Positions 13,444 to 26,219 of a DNA stretch of 64,000 nucleotides are shown in pieces. The stretch is taken from NCBI RefSeq assembly GCF_004010195.1, contig NC_057720.1:3577255-3641254 (forward strand), read 5' to 3'. The translations under genes and the position numbers were made by a program. How positions within the stretch are numbered: the stretch's first letter is position 1; each line of letters starts with the position of its first letter. The stretch is from Chiloscyllium plagiosum. Its lineage: Eukaryota. The notes beneath the pieces are model-generated. The model had not been told where the DNA came from and searched no databases. It was given only the letters and a program-made list of their open reading frames with translations.

Positions 13444-15929
13444 GAGAGACTAGATGGGCTTGGATTGTTTTCTTCAGAGCAGAGAATTCTGAGGGGGGTC
13501 ATGATTGAGGGATATGGACAGGGTGAATAGAGAGCAACCATTCCCCTTGGTTGACGGGTTAATCACGAGAGGCATAGTTTTAGAGTAAGAGGCAGAAGAT
13601 TCAGAGGGGATTTGGGAAAAGCTTTTTCACTCAGCAGGTGGTGGGAACCTGGAATGCACTGCCTGGGAAGGTAGTGGAGGCGGGAAACCTTACAAACTTC
13701 AAAAAGAATTTGCATGAGCACTTTCAAGGATATAGGACAAGTGCAGGAGATTCGGATTAGCATGCTTTCACGAGTAGTAATATCAGTACAAACTTGACGT
13801 ACTGAACGGCCTTTTCTGCAGTGTATGAATTTATAATTTTGTTAGCTTACAATAAGCTACAGAAGGGAAATACAGAATGTACATTGAAAATATGAACACT
13901 AAATTGGGTTTTAGTGATGATTGGCACCATTATATCACATGTATTCTCATTCCTTTCATCGCCACTCTTATCTTGGATGTGGTTTTACTGTGTGCTGATA
14001 TTTTTTCTGTAATTTAAGAATGTTAATTGTAGTATTAGTTCAAAGAAAACTAAAGATGGGTACAGACTTGTCAGCTTAGAGATTTTGTTCATTATAATTT
14101 TGCTTAGATTTTGGTGACCTTTATATCCTTTGCCTTTTTGTTTCACCTTCAGAAAGAATATTTATCTATCAATTTCTCTCATTAAACTTGAGCTTTTCTT
14201 TTTTCGCAAAATCTTTGAGTATTATCCTTTAATCCTGCTGTGTAATAATGTAAAATTTCTGGAAGATAGTTGTGTTATACCTTTTTTATGAGCATTTATT
14301 CAAAAAAGAAATGAGAATTTGAGTGCTTTACCTTAAGCCTTACCAATTCGATTCGGTGATTGTTTATAATGGATGTTCCTGGACTTCCAGACAGGTTTTA
14401 CATTCGTGTTGTAGGACAATTAATCAAAATGACTACTGATTTCTAATTTGACCTTGGAGGATATGGCTGATACTATGAAGCAAAATTGTTAACCGTTTCT
14501 AGTAGTCAGACTCCTGGTTTGATGAATGCCATTGTTTCTGATTCTGAAAACTGACTGGAGTAATCAAGAGGTAAATGATGGCATTTACTATTTTATTTTG
14601 AGAAGTAGCAAGCTGGAGAAGTTTAGTGAGAAAATTCAAGTGTGTAATTGACGTAGGTACATTCTCACTGAAGAATGCTTCAAAACAATGGAGAAGTAAA
14701 GTCAGAATCGAAGGTAAATACCGTCATAAAGGACACAGCAGTTGCAGTCATAGGGAGTAGTGAAGGTATGGATGGATTTGTAGATACCGATGTGCAATGA
14801 AATGAAAATAGATCTAATGAGGAAGAATTATGAGACATGACATTGTGTACATAGCTGCACCTGGAATTCTCTGAAGATGTAACAGAGGATTGTTGAGAGT
14901 AATGGCATTATGTGATACAGTATCACACAACAGACTTAAGAAACATCAGCTTGTGGAATAAAAAGGTTAGCAGCAACATGGATACCAAATTGGCTGAGTG
15001 GTTCATTTGAGGCATTCAAGTGAGTGTTGATGAAAATTTAAACAGAAATGTCATGTGCAGGTTTTTTGAGAAAGGGTAGAAGAATTGCTCTGTCTTGATG
15101 GGTGGAGGGAAGCAGCACAGGCACAATGGGCCAAATTGCCACCTTCTGCATCAAGTAACAGTTTGGTGATTCTGCAAACAGTAGTGTGGAGTAGGGACCA
15201 AAAGACCATAGTAATAGCTGAGATCTGGGTCGGAAGTTCAGCTCAGATTTGAACAAACTTAAAACTTGTGTCATGTTGGCTTTCAGCCTAAATTAGCATT
15301 TGGGGAGGTGATGAAATTGGGATGTAGGATGTATTTGTACTTTTTAGCATTTGTTTGTATTTGTTGTGGGCTCAGCAGATTGTCATTGATCTTTCCACAA
15401 ATAGGTCAATGCTGAATGAGGGCCTCAGCTGTGCTATTGTATTCTATCTCCCTTGATGTGAATGCTAGCTTTGCATGTACCTTCCTAACTGCCAACAGAA
15501 CCTGCAAGTTAACCTTAGGAGAATCCTGAACTAGAGCTCACAAATCCCTTTGTGTTTCAGATTTCCAAGGTGTTTCCCTGTTTAGAAAATTGTCTACACC
15601 TCTTTCTTCTTACCAAAGTGTGTAACCTCACACTTTCCCACATTGTATTCCATCTGCCACTCCTTTGCCCATTCTCCTAGCTGTCCAAATCCTTCTGCAG
15701 CCTCTCTGCTTCTTCAACACTATCTATCCCTCCACCTATCTTTGTGTCATCTGCAAACTTAGCAACAATGCCTTCAGTTCTTTCATCCAGATTGTTAATG
15801 TATAATGTGAATAGTTGTGGTCCCAATACGAGTTCTTGAGAGACTCCACTAGTCACCAGCTGCTATGCTAAAAAAGGCCCCTTTATCCCCACTGTTTGCC
15901 TTCTGCCAGTCAGCCAATCCTCTATCCAT

Positions 15930-16026
15930 TCTGAAGATGGGTCACTCGACCCGAAACAGTAACTCTGATTTCTCTCCACAGATGCTGCCAGACCTGCTGA
16001 GCTTTTCCAGCAATTTCTGTTTTTGT
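15930..16026 (+). mobile_element. 97-bp Penelope-like 3'-end insertion with 10-bp TSD
   Basis: TSD ctctatccat at 15920-15929 and 16027-16036. Confidence 0.82.
15931..15965 (+). ncRNA. Minimal hammerhead ribozyme motif (PLE-associated)
   Basis: CTGAAGA (15931-15937), t, GGGTC-actc-GACCC (15939-15952), GAAAC (15953-15957), agta. Confidence 0.6.
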
Positions 16027-17379
16027 CTCTATCCATACCAGTACCTTGCCCCTAACACCATGGGCTATTTTCTTATTTTGTAGCCTCCTGTGAGGCACCA
16101 GCATGCTTGTTACCTCCTCAAAGAATTTTTATTGTGCTATGCCTTCATTTTGGGCGAATAAGACTGATGTGTCTGCTCCCAATAATGTTACATCTGCATC
16201 ACGTAATTTTTATTGACATCAGAATAATTTTTTGTTGCTCTTGGTATGCTAGGGAACTACTTTCATGTAGTCTTTGATCTCCTTGGTGAATTGTTACGAA
16301 TTTTGGATTGACAACATATTTAGTTAAGACTGATTAAAATGTATAGATGATGTAATCGGAAAACCTGTTTTGCAAATCTCTTTTTTTCTGTGGTTAGCAA
16401 TGTGATTAAAGAATAATGTATGACTTGCCATGAATTCATAAACATTGAATTTGCATACTTTAAATTTGTAGGGTACATTTGTGTATTTCCATATTATTTC
16501 CATACTGTATTAACAGTAGATAAAGCCAATATGAGTGGTTCATCAAAATCTATCAAATGTGTATAGCTGAAATCTTAGCAAATTTAGCAAATGTCACTCT
16601 TCTAAAATTCAGGATAGATGTCTATAGATGTTTAGCAACTAACATTTTAGTTTCTTGCTTCTCCTGTTTGCAGCCATTACATTATTTCAGATCTTCACTG
16701 AGCATAATAGCTTGGAATCATGAACTGTTGCTCATGCTCCATTTGATGGCTTTGAAATGTAAGCGTGAGATGGTTGTGTTTCGTAATTCCATTAGGACTT
16801 AACTGCTGGAATTGATGGATGTGCTGGCTCGATATGTGAGAGTGGATGAGGTTGAAGTGGTCTGGCTTTTGAAGAAGTAGCATGTTTTGGCAAATTTCCA
16901 AAGTAAATGAAATGCAGAAGTAAATTGACTGTTGTGGTTGTGGGTTGGTTTGAAGAGCTGAAAGACCATCTGAACCTGATTTCTAGTTCCAGTGGTTTTA
17001 CCTATGGTTGAAAATGACTTTTAACAACTCAGCAGGTATTGACAGCATTCATATTAAATCACAGAATGCTCATTCCTTGAAGTCCAGTGAGATGAGGTGG
17101 AGAAGTTATGATCTTGAAGATCAGTACCAGGAACCATTGACCAAACCTGGGGTTTGTCCTCTACAACTGGAGGATGACTGGCAGAGGGTAGGGAATAAAG
17201 GTTTTTTTCCTGGGATGGTAGCCAGTGACTGCAGAGGTCAGTATTGGGACCACACCTATTCACATTATCCATTAATGATCTGGAAGTAGGAACTGAGGAC
17301 ATTGTTGCTAAGTTTGCAGATGACACAAAGACAGGTGGAGGGAGTAGTGGAAAAGTTGAGGAAATGGGGAGGCTGTAGA

Positions 17380-18966
17380 AGGAACAAAAACATAAATTGC
17401 TGGAAAAGGTCAGCAGATCAGGCGGCATCTGTGGAGAAAAATCAGTTAACATTTCTGGTCGAGTGACTCTTCCTCAGACTGATGGTAGCTAGGAAAATGA
17501 CCGTTTATATGCAGAAGATAGGAGGGGGGAGGGGATAAGGAGTAAACGATAGGTGGGGATAGAGCCCAGAGAGACAACAGTTGGACAAAGCAGTAGATAA
17601 CCATCTGGCTGAGGGTGAATAGCTATTAATGGGGGCTGTTAAAGGTGAACGATGGGTTGTGTGTAATAGCAGACTGTGATAACAAGGCCTAGTGTATGGG
17701 GGTTGGGCTATGGTTGTGGGAGAGCTCAAGCCCTAAAGTTGTTGAACTCGACCGGTCGGACCCCCCCAGTCACTGCCATTTTAATTCCCCTTCCCATTCC
17801 CCTTCTTACATGACCATCCTTGGCCTCTTCCATTGCCGCAATGAACCACACTGCAAATTGGAGGAACAACACTTCCTCTTCCACCTGAACAGCCAACAGC
17901 CTGGATAATGACCCTTCCCTCCCCCCCCCCACACCCTTCCCAGCCTCTCCCCCTCCTTTCCACTCCACCCAGCCACCTATCGGATTCATTCCTCCCAGTG
18001 ACCAGTCGGGTCATACCATCCACCTGTCTTTACCTATCCCTACTTCACCACCATGCCCCACCACCCCCTTTATCTGCAACTCCCCTTACACTCACTACCC
18101 GTCCTGAAGAAGGGTTACACTTGAAAAGTCGACTTCTCCACCTCCTTATGCTGCCTGGCTTGCTGTGTTCTTCCAACCTCCTGCTTGTCTACCTTGGATT
18201 CCAGCATCTGCAGTTTTTTGTCTCTAACCTGATGTGTTGAAGTGGTAGACAACTAGAAGCCCAGGGTTATTTTTGCAGACAGAATGTTGGTGTTCTGCTT
18301 CGTTTCCCCTGTGTAGAGGAGACAACATTGTAAGCAGCGAACTTGGTAGACTAGATTGTGTAAAGTGCAGGTAAAGCACTGCTTCATCTGGAAGGTGTGT
18401 GTAGCTCCTTGGATGTTGAGGAAGAGGAAGTGAACAGATGGGTGTTAAACCTTCTGCGGTTGCAGAGGAAGGTGCTGTGAGGCTGCAAAGGGGAGCTGTT
18501 GTGAGTAAAGGAAGAGTAGGCCAAGTTGTCCCAAAGGGCATGGTCCCTGTGGAAGGCTGACAAGGGAGGGGTGGGAAATAATGTGTCTGTTGGTGGCGTC
18601 TTGCTGAAGGTGATGGAGATGGCGACTAATGATCCTCTAGATGTGGATACTGGTGGGATGGTAGGTGAGGACACGGTGTCCCTATCGCAGTTGTAGGAGG
18701 GCCAAAGTGCGGGAGATGGTTTGGACCTGACAGAGGGCCCTGTCAACAATGCGGAATCCTTGGTTGAGAAAGTTATAATTTGGAGGTGCCACTGTTGGAC
18801 TGGACTATAACCTATTGTTGTGTGATTTTTAACTTGGTTGGGGAAGAAGGTGAACATTTTGGAAGCTCAACAAGGGATTTCCCTTCACAGATGCTGCCTG
18901 ACCTGCTGAGTTTTTCCAGCAATTTGTGTTTTTGTTTCTGATTTACAGCATCCACAGTTTTTATTT
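17380..18966. mobile_element. Composite Penelope-like element block (GIY-YIG end, 3'UTRs, inverted segments)
   Basis: Flanked by aggctgtaga (17370-17379 and 18967-18976). Plus strand HFNSPSHS...ILGLFHCRNE...KLEEQH is a PLE GIY-YIG C-terminus. Minus strand PLSAFHRD...TFLCNRRR is the PLE linker region. Confidence 0.85.
18101..18133 (+). ncRNA. Minimal hammerhead ribozyme motif, decayed, downstream of the PLE GIY-YIG end
   Basis: gtc-CTGAAGA-a-GGGT-tac-ACTT-GAAA-a-GTC-gac; stem I gtc/gac. Confidence 0.55.
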
Positions 18967-19032
18967 AGGCTGTAGATGCACTTGGACAGGCTAGCAAATG
19001 ACTACAATGTGGGAAAGTGAGATGTTATGCAC

Positions 19033-19986
19033 GAAATAAAAACCAAAGGGATTGCAGATGCTGAAAATCAGAAAAACCATCAAAACTGATGGCGATGGCG
19101 ATGGCGATTTCCCCCCCAAACCACTGCCTCCAAGTTGATTGTCCCCTCGCTCCACAAAGTTTGTTTCTACCTCCTTTCAAAAATTCACCAACAGGATTGC
19201 CCCGGCAGACCCATTGTTTCAGCCTGCTCTTGTCCCACAGAACTCATCTCTTCCCATCTTAACTTGGTCTTTTCTCCCCACTCCAATACCTGCCTACTTA
19301 TATCTGAGATTCCTTTTATGCTTTACGCCAATTTGGGAATTTCCAGTTTGCGGGCTCCATCTGCCTCTGCGTTACCATGGAGGAGCAATCCCTTTACATG
19401 TCTATCCCCCATCAGGATGGTCTCAGGGCTCTCCGCGTCTTCCTGGAACAAAGGCCTGAAGTGTCCCCACCCAACACCATTTTGAACTTGAGAATATAAC
19501 TGTAAGAAAGTTTTGGAATTTTCTTATGAAAGAACTGAAACCAACATGCCAATTCTAAAAGATAAGAGACAACAAACAATCCAGGTCTTTTTCTATATAT
19601 AATTTCAGTTACATCACACTGTAAATGTTTGCCATACATTCTGTGTCCTATGTTCTTGTACTCCACAACCACCTGATGAAGGAGTAGGGCTCCGAAAGCT
19701 AGTGCTTCCAAATAAACTTGTTGGACTATAACCTGATACAGCTGTGATTGTGTGATTTTTAGCTTTGTCTGTTCAACTCTTCTTCTATCTCTTTGGGCTT
19801 TATCCATACCTATCATTTACTCCTTAACCCCTCCCCCCACTCTATCTTTTGCATGTCAACTGACATTTTCCTAGCTGCCATCAGTTCTGAGGAAGGATCA
19901 CTGGACTCAAAAGATTAACTTCGGTTTCTCTTTGCAGATGCTGCCAAAGCTGCTGTGCTTTTCCAGCAACTTCAGTTTTTGTTTGC
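19033..19986 (+). mobile_element. Second composite Penelope-like block (RT fragment plus 3' ends of two families)
   Basis: TSD gatgttat(g/a)cac at 19021-19032 and 19987-19998; ORF 19135..19485 FYLLSKIHQQDCPGRPIVSACSCPTELIS is a PLE RT motif (PKIHK...RPIVS). Confidence 0.87.
19670..19704 (+). ncRNA. Minimal hammerhead ribozyme motif (PLE-associated)
   Basis: cac-CTGATGA (19673-19679), a, GGAGT-agg-GCTCC (19681-19693), GAAA (19694-19697), gcta-gtg; stem I cac/gtg. Confidence 0.7.
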
Positions 19987-21934
19987 GATGTTATACACTT
20001 TGATAGGAAGAAGAGGCAAATACTATTTTCTAAATGGGGATAAGCTTCAGGAATGTGAGGCACAAAGGAAGTTCTAGTTCAGGATTCTCTCAAGGTTAAT
20101 GTGCAGGTTGAGTTGGCAGTTAAGAAGGTAAATGCAATACCAGCATTCATTTCAAGAGGGCTAGAATACAAGAGCAGAGATGCACTGCTAAGGCTGGATA
20201 AGGCTCTGATCAGACCATATTTGGAATATTGCATACATATTTTGGGCCCTGTAATTAAGGAGGAATGTGCTGGTGTTGGAGGGGGCCCAGAAGCAATTTA
20301 CAAGAATGACTTCTGGGATGAAGAGCCTTGTCATTTGAAGAGCGTTTGAGGACTCTGGGTGTATACTTGATGAGGATGGAAATCTAATTGAAACTTACAG
20401 AATATTGAGAGACCTGGATAGACTGGACGTGGAGAAGACCTGAGGACACTGCCTCGGAGTGAAGGAACAATCTTTTAGAACTGAGATGAAGAGGAACTTC
20501 CTAAGCCAGAGGGTGGTGAATTTGTGGAACTCATTGCCACAGAAGACTGTGGAGGCCAAGACGTTGAGTGTATTTGAGACAGAGATAGTTCTTGATGAGT
20601 AATGATATCAAGGCTTATGGGGAGAAGACAAGAGAATCAAGTTGAGAAACATATCAGCGAATTGAATGATGGAGCAGACACAATGGGCTTCACGGCCTAA
20701 TTCTTCTATATTTGATTGTCTCGAGGATAGAATTGTCTGAGGTACACATCTCCAACTCCTCCGGAATGCATTTGTGGTTTGTAATTATGTAATTGGAAAT
20801 GTTAATTTCTGGTTTCACTTATTGTGAATTGTGGTTAGCATATTTTTGTTGGAGGCCTAAGGTATAATCAAAACCCATTCTATTCTCAAGGTTTGTGTGT
20901 TTTTGTTGTGGGGGGGGTGCCTTCATACTCGGTTACCAAAAAAAAACACTTTGTGGAAACCAATTTGTTAATTTAAGCTTTTTTTTTGTAAGGTATTAAA
21001 CCCAGTGTGATCTAGAATTAGTGGCATGATCAAATCTAGCATGTAATCCAGGACAGTCGAACATTCATGCAGAGTTTGGATCTAGTGATACAAGTCACGA
21101 GACATTTTCTTCAGGAGGAATTGGAGCACTATTTATTTTTATTTGCAGGATGTATTTCTGGTGAACTAAGCATTTATTGCCCAACTGAGAAGGGTCGTTA
21201 AGGTGGCTGATGAGCCATTCTCTTGACTATATCTGACTAGCTTGCTGGACATGTTGGAGGAGTGTTAGAAGTAAGCTCATTGTTGAGGATGGTTGAGTTT
21301 CCTCATAAGTAAAGAGTGCATCCTTTCTTAGAATAGTAATTAAAAGTAATTGTTCTCTCAAAGGAAAAGTAAAACAAAAAGTTCTGAAGATAAAGAATTT
21401 GGAGAATCTTCATAAGAGGTGTAGAAATGACAAAGTTCAGCAAGGCAAAAAAAAAATTGTTTTTTTTTAAATTATTCTTGTGTCCATCATGAGGCAGGGA
21501 GCACTGAGGGTGGCAAGTATGCAGAATGTACTCTGGGTGGGGAACCTCCATGTCCACTTTAAAAAAGTGGCTCGGCAGCATCGCTAGTGATCGAGCTGAC
21601 TGGGTCCTAAAGGAGATAGCTACAGGACCGGATCTGCGGCAGGTGGTGAGGTAGTCACCAAGAGGGAAAACCTATTTGACCTCATCCTCACCAGTATGCC
21701 TGTCACAGATGCATCTGTTCATACCAGATTGGTAAAAGTGACCACTGCCCAGTCCTTGTGGAGACTAAGTCCTATTATCACGTTGAGGATACCCTTCATT
21801 ATGCTGTGTAGCACCGTCACTGTGCTAAATGAGACAGACTTCTAACAGATCTAGCAACTGAAGTCTGGGCATTCATAAGGCTCTGTGGACCATCAGCAGC
21901 AGTAGAATCGTACTCCAATGCAATCTGCAACCTA

Positions 21935-22070
21935 AAGTTAAATACAGCTGCAGATGTTGGAGATCTGAAACAAATGAAAACAGATTGCTGGAGAAACTCA
22001 GCACGTCTGGCAGCATTTATGAAAAGATGAACAGCTAACATTTTGAGCCCAGTGACCCTGCTTCAGAAGG
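21935..22070 (-). mobile_element. Decayed Penelope-like 3'-end fragment
   Basis: tgctggagaaactcagcacgtctggcagcat...ccagtgaccctgcttcagaa. Confidence 0.65.
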
Positions 22071-23269
22071 GTGTGTGACCTCATTGCCCAGCATATCTCC
22101 CACTCTACTACTGCCATCAAGCCAGGGGATCAACTTGGGTTCAATGGAGAATGCAGAAGGGCATGGCAGGAGCACCATCAGGCATACCGAAAAATGAGGT
22201 GTCAACCTGGTGAAGCTACATCACAGGACTATTTGCGTGCCAAACAGCATAAGTAGAAGGTGATAGAGTTATGTGATTCCATACCCAATGGATTGGAACT
22301 AATCTCTGCAGTCCGACCACATCGTGTGAATCATGATGGAGAAAGCTCCATAACATTCCTTTCCTTAATGGGGAGCACAACACATCAGTCCAAAATAAGG
22401 CTGAAATATTTGCATCAATCTTCAGCCAGAAGAGTAGATGGATACATCATTGCCTCCTCCAAAAGTCACTAGTGTCATAAATGCCAGTCTTCAGCAGATT
22501 TGATATACTTCATGTGATATAAAAGAAACAGTTGGAAGCAATGAATACTGCAAAGGCTATGGTCCCTGACAGCACTCTGACAACAGTATGAAAGACTTGT
22601 GCTCTAGAACTTGCTGCATCCCTGCCAAATTGACCCATTCTAGTTGCAAAACTGACATCCACCTCATCATTGCATGTCCTGTAGACAAAGCAAGACAAAT
22701 CCAATCTGCGAATTACCACCTAAAATGATCTTGATCATTAGTAATGTGTTGGAAAGTGTCATTAACAGTGTTATTAAGCAGCAGTAACCTGCTTGACCCA
22801 GTTTGGGTTCCACCAGGGCTAATCAGCTCCAAACCTCAGAGAAAGCTAGTCCATTGGGCAAAAGAGCTGAATTCCAGAGGAAGTGAGTGATTACCCTTGA
22901 CAGACTGACATCATAGAGCTCTATCAAAATTAGAGTCAATGGAAATGTGGGGGAAACTCTCTGGATGGAGTCTTACCTGGCACAAAGGAGGCTATGGTGT
23001 TTAGAGGTCACTCATCTTAGCTCCAGGACATGTCATTGGCTTCTAAGAGTCATGCCCTGGCCCAAACATCTTAACTGCTTCATAACGATCTTTCCTGCAT
23101 CAGAAGTTCAGAAATGGGGATGTTTGCTGATAATTAATGTTCAGCACTATTTGCGACTCTTCAGATAATGAAGCAATCTCTGTCCAAACGCAGCAAGACC
23201 TGGTCAATACTAAGACTTGGGCTGACAAGCAGCAAGTAGAATTTAGGCCAGATTAATGCCAGGCAGTGA

Positions 23270-23728
23270 TGAAGGATGCTGTTAAACTGGAAGGGGTGCA
23301 AAAAATGTTTGCATAAATGTTACCAAAACTGGAGGGTTTGAGTTATAAGGAGAGGCTGGATAGACTGGACTTATTTTCCCCTAGAGCATCGGAGGCTGAG
23401 GGGTGACCTCATAGAAGTTCATAAAATCTTGAGGGACATAGATAAGGTGAATAGCCAAGGTCTTTTCCCTGGGGTAGGGGGGAGTCCAAAACTAGAGGGC
23501 ATAGGTTGAGGTGAGAGGGGAAAGATTTAAAAGGGGCAATGTTTTCACACAGAGGGTGATGCATATTTAGAAATGGTAGAGGTGGGTACAGTTTCAAAAT
23601 CCAAAAGACATTTGGATAGGTAACTGATAAGAAAGGTTTAGGGGGATATGGGTCAAACACGGGCAAAAACTGGTCACTGTGGATTAGTTGGGCAGAAGGG
23701 TCTGTTTACATTCTGTATGACTCTGACT
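23270..23728 (+). mobile_element. CR1 LINE 3' end nested in the second LINE
   Basis: aaactggaaggggtgcaaaaa...ggctgaggggtgacctcatagaag...gaagggtctgttt. Confidence 0.87.
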
Positions 23729-26219
23729 GTGTCTCAATTAAGTGTCTAGCCATTGCCCTTTGACATTCAATGGCATTGCCATCACTGAATCCCCCGCAAA
23801 CAATGTCCTGAGGGGTTAGTATGGCCCAAAAATTAAATTGGACTGGTCATACAAATTTAGTGAATGCAAGAGCAGGTAAGAATTTAGGAGTTTTGCAGTA
23901 AGTGACTGACTGTCACCGACTCCCCACAGCCTGCCGTTATGTACGAGGCACAAGTTAGCAGTGTGATTGAATACTCACCACTTGCCTAGATGCGTGCAAC
24001 TCCAGCAACGCTCAAAGCTTGATGTCATCTGACACAACACAGCCTGCTCGATTGACACCATATCCACAAGCACCCACTTCCTCCACCACTTATGCTTTGT
24101 ACCATTTACAAGATGCAGTGTGAAATAGTACCTCTGAAAACCAAGACTACTGCCATCTGGAAGGACGAGGACAGCAGGTACATGGGAACATTATCCCTTG
24201 TAAATTTCCCTCCAAGCCACTCACCATCTTGACTTGGAAATATATCACCATTCCTTCAATGTCACTGGGTCAAAAGTTTGGAACTCAGACCCTAACAGCT
24301 TTGTGGGTCTACCTACACCAAATGGACTGCAGTGATTCAAGAATGCAACTCCTCACCACCACTTTCTCACGGGTGACTAGGCAATGAATGCTGCCCATCT
24401 CGCAATGACAGCATCTTATGGTTTAATTTAAACAAAATTGAGAGCCAAGAGTTAATAACTGGATTGAAGCAATCCAATTTATTTTATATAGGATTCCTTT
24501 AATAAATTTATATCCTTTTGCATTCAGTTGGAACGAGATGCCAGAAATGGCGCACTGGTGTGCTGCTCAATTGTCCTATCCATTTAAGAATCTCAAACTT
24601 ATTTGGCAGATTGTTATAAAGTGCAAATGGTCTAGTTTGCTGCTGCTGATATTGTTGGACTTTTGAAGAATAGCTTTGTTGAATTTGTTAACTTCCACAT
24701 TGTTTGTTAATTCCCTGTTGATGTGTGGAAATCACACTTACAGCTCCTCATGCTGTGTGCAAATGTCACATGGGAGAGAGTAAAGATAGTTATCACTGGG
24801 TATTTTCGGGCTTTTTAAGCATTTCGTATAATACATTTATCACAGCTGTGCTTTCTCTTTGCTTTACATATTGCATTTGGTATTAATGTTAGCATTGTTT
24901 GGAAGGAGATGGGCGGATGGTGAGGATTGTGGGGGAGAATGCTTTTCAGCGTATTGCTTCAGCAGGTTTCATCACCTATTCATGCATCTAGTGGATTTGA
25001 AGCTGCTGAAAAATTGCCAGATTAGAAGCAGTCATGTTGATTGTAAATTATCTGAATGAGCACCTTATAGTTGGTGAGTTGCAAGCTGTTTTTCTACCAT
25101 AAAGTAAACCTAGATTAAAAAGTTTTAGGATAGTTTTCAGTGCAAAACTTGCTTATACAATCTGAGCTTTAGGTTTTCTAATGGAAATTTACTTAATTGT
25201 GTTTGCCCCCACCACCCAGCACTTTTGCTTTATTTGCTACTAGAGGAAAGACTAATATTGCATGGTCTAAAAATGGCATGAACTACTGGATGCCGTGATG
25301 TAATTTTGCAATGGGATTTCTGTAATTTACAGTACAAATAGTTGCATTGTCTGAATTTATCAGATGTCTTTTTTTTGGAAGAGATTCTTGCCAGAACTAC
25401 ACAGCAAACAGCTGGAGTATAAGCCTTTCACTGTTCGGAAGTTCTGTAGGTCCAGTGCAGAGATACAGATTAGAAGAAAATTCTGCTCTCTGTCCCTTTG
25501 TTTTTAAAAAAAAAGCCAGCCTCTGTATTTTGTCTTATTTGGAGTTAGGAACATAACAGTTAAGTAAGCACTCAATGCGTATATCTGTGATGCAGTCTTA
25601 GTTTCAAATATAAAAGCACAGCTAGCATCAGTTTTCATATTCTACTTGCACTAAATAGGATGCTAGAAATTAAATATGGTATCCAGCTAGCTGTACGTTT
25701 ACAGACCTTGGCTATGATTGATTTAACTTATTGAATTGTTGCTTCCATACGCTGATCTATGTGCATATGGACAGTTACAATACTTGAAATACCTTGATGC
25801 TGTGCTAAATGATGCTGATGAGATTAGCTTCTCAATAATAGGTTCTTGTAGGGCTGAATGCAGCTGTCAGGTTAAGTAGTGCCTCCATTCTGTAGCTGCT
25901 TCGATGAGCTATTTATTGAACAGTTGATGTATTGAAGTCTGCAGTATGCTTCAAGCTTGTCACTCAATTTAAAATGAAAACAGTTCAAAAGTTGAAAGTT
26001 CTTTTTCCAAAGGAGAATTGTTATGAAATTTATAAATTGGAACATAAGTAGCATAATTTCATACTTTGGGCATTCCTTCCCAAAATTGCTGAAAGCAATG
26101 ACAATTTATTGACATGCTGTAATATGAGCACCTTTTAGTTTTATTTAAATTATTATTATTTATGAATGAGCCCTTACTGACACCTAGCAAACTTCTTCTG
26201 TGGGTGGGGAAGAGGAGTG

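Larger units (their letters stand above)
11150..13830 (+). mobile_element. Decayed CR1 LINE interrupted by a PLE end (12310-12450) and a DNA-transposon derivative (12805-13443)
   Basis: CR1 motifs gattttagcaaagcctttgacaagg, aaatttgccgatggcaccaag and tggaatgcactgcctg. Confidence 0.85.
15440..16128 (-). mobile_element. CR1 LINE RT fragment
   Basis: gtgtcatctgcaaactt (KFADDT on the minus strand) and cacattgtattccatctgcca (WQMEYNV). Confidence 0.85.
17180..20720 (+). mobile_element. CR1 LINE hosting two composite PLE insertions
   Basis: gctaagtttgcagatgacacaaag at about 17307; resumes at 18967-19032 and at 19987; ORF 20101..20349 ISRGLEYKSRDALLRL...RPYLEYC. Confidence 0.85.
21480..24420 (+). 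mobile_element. Second, divergent CR1/L2-group LINE (endonuclease remnant to 3'UTR), decayed and interrupted
   Basis: ttgacctcatcctcacc...agtgaccac (DLILT...SDH), cagtttgggttccaccaggg (QFGF), tgtttgctgata, tacgaggcacaagttagcagtgtgattgaatactc (Y.AQV.SV.EYS). Its 3'UTR differs from the CR1 copies. Confidence 0.75.

Noticed and set aside
25364..25507. Short ATG ORF MSFFWKRFLPE... as an alternative first exon
   Set aside because: It ends in a stop with no convincing in-frame donor and has no recognisable homology.
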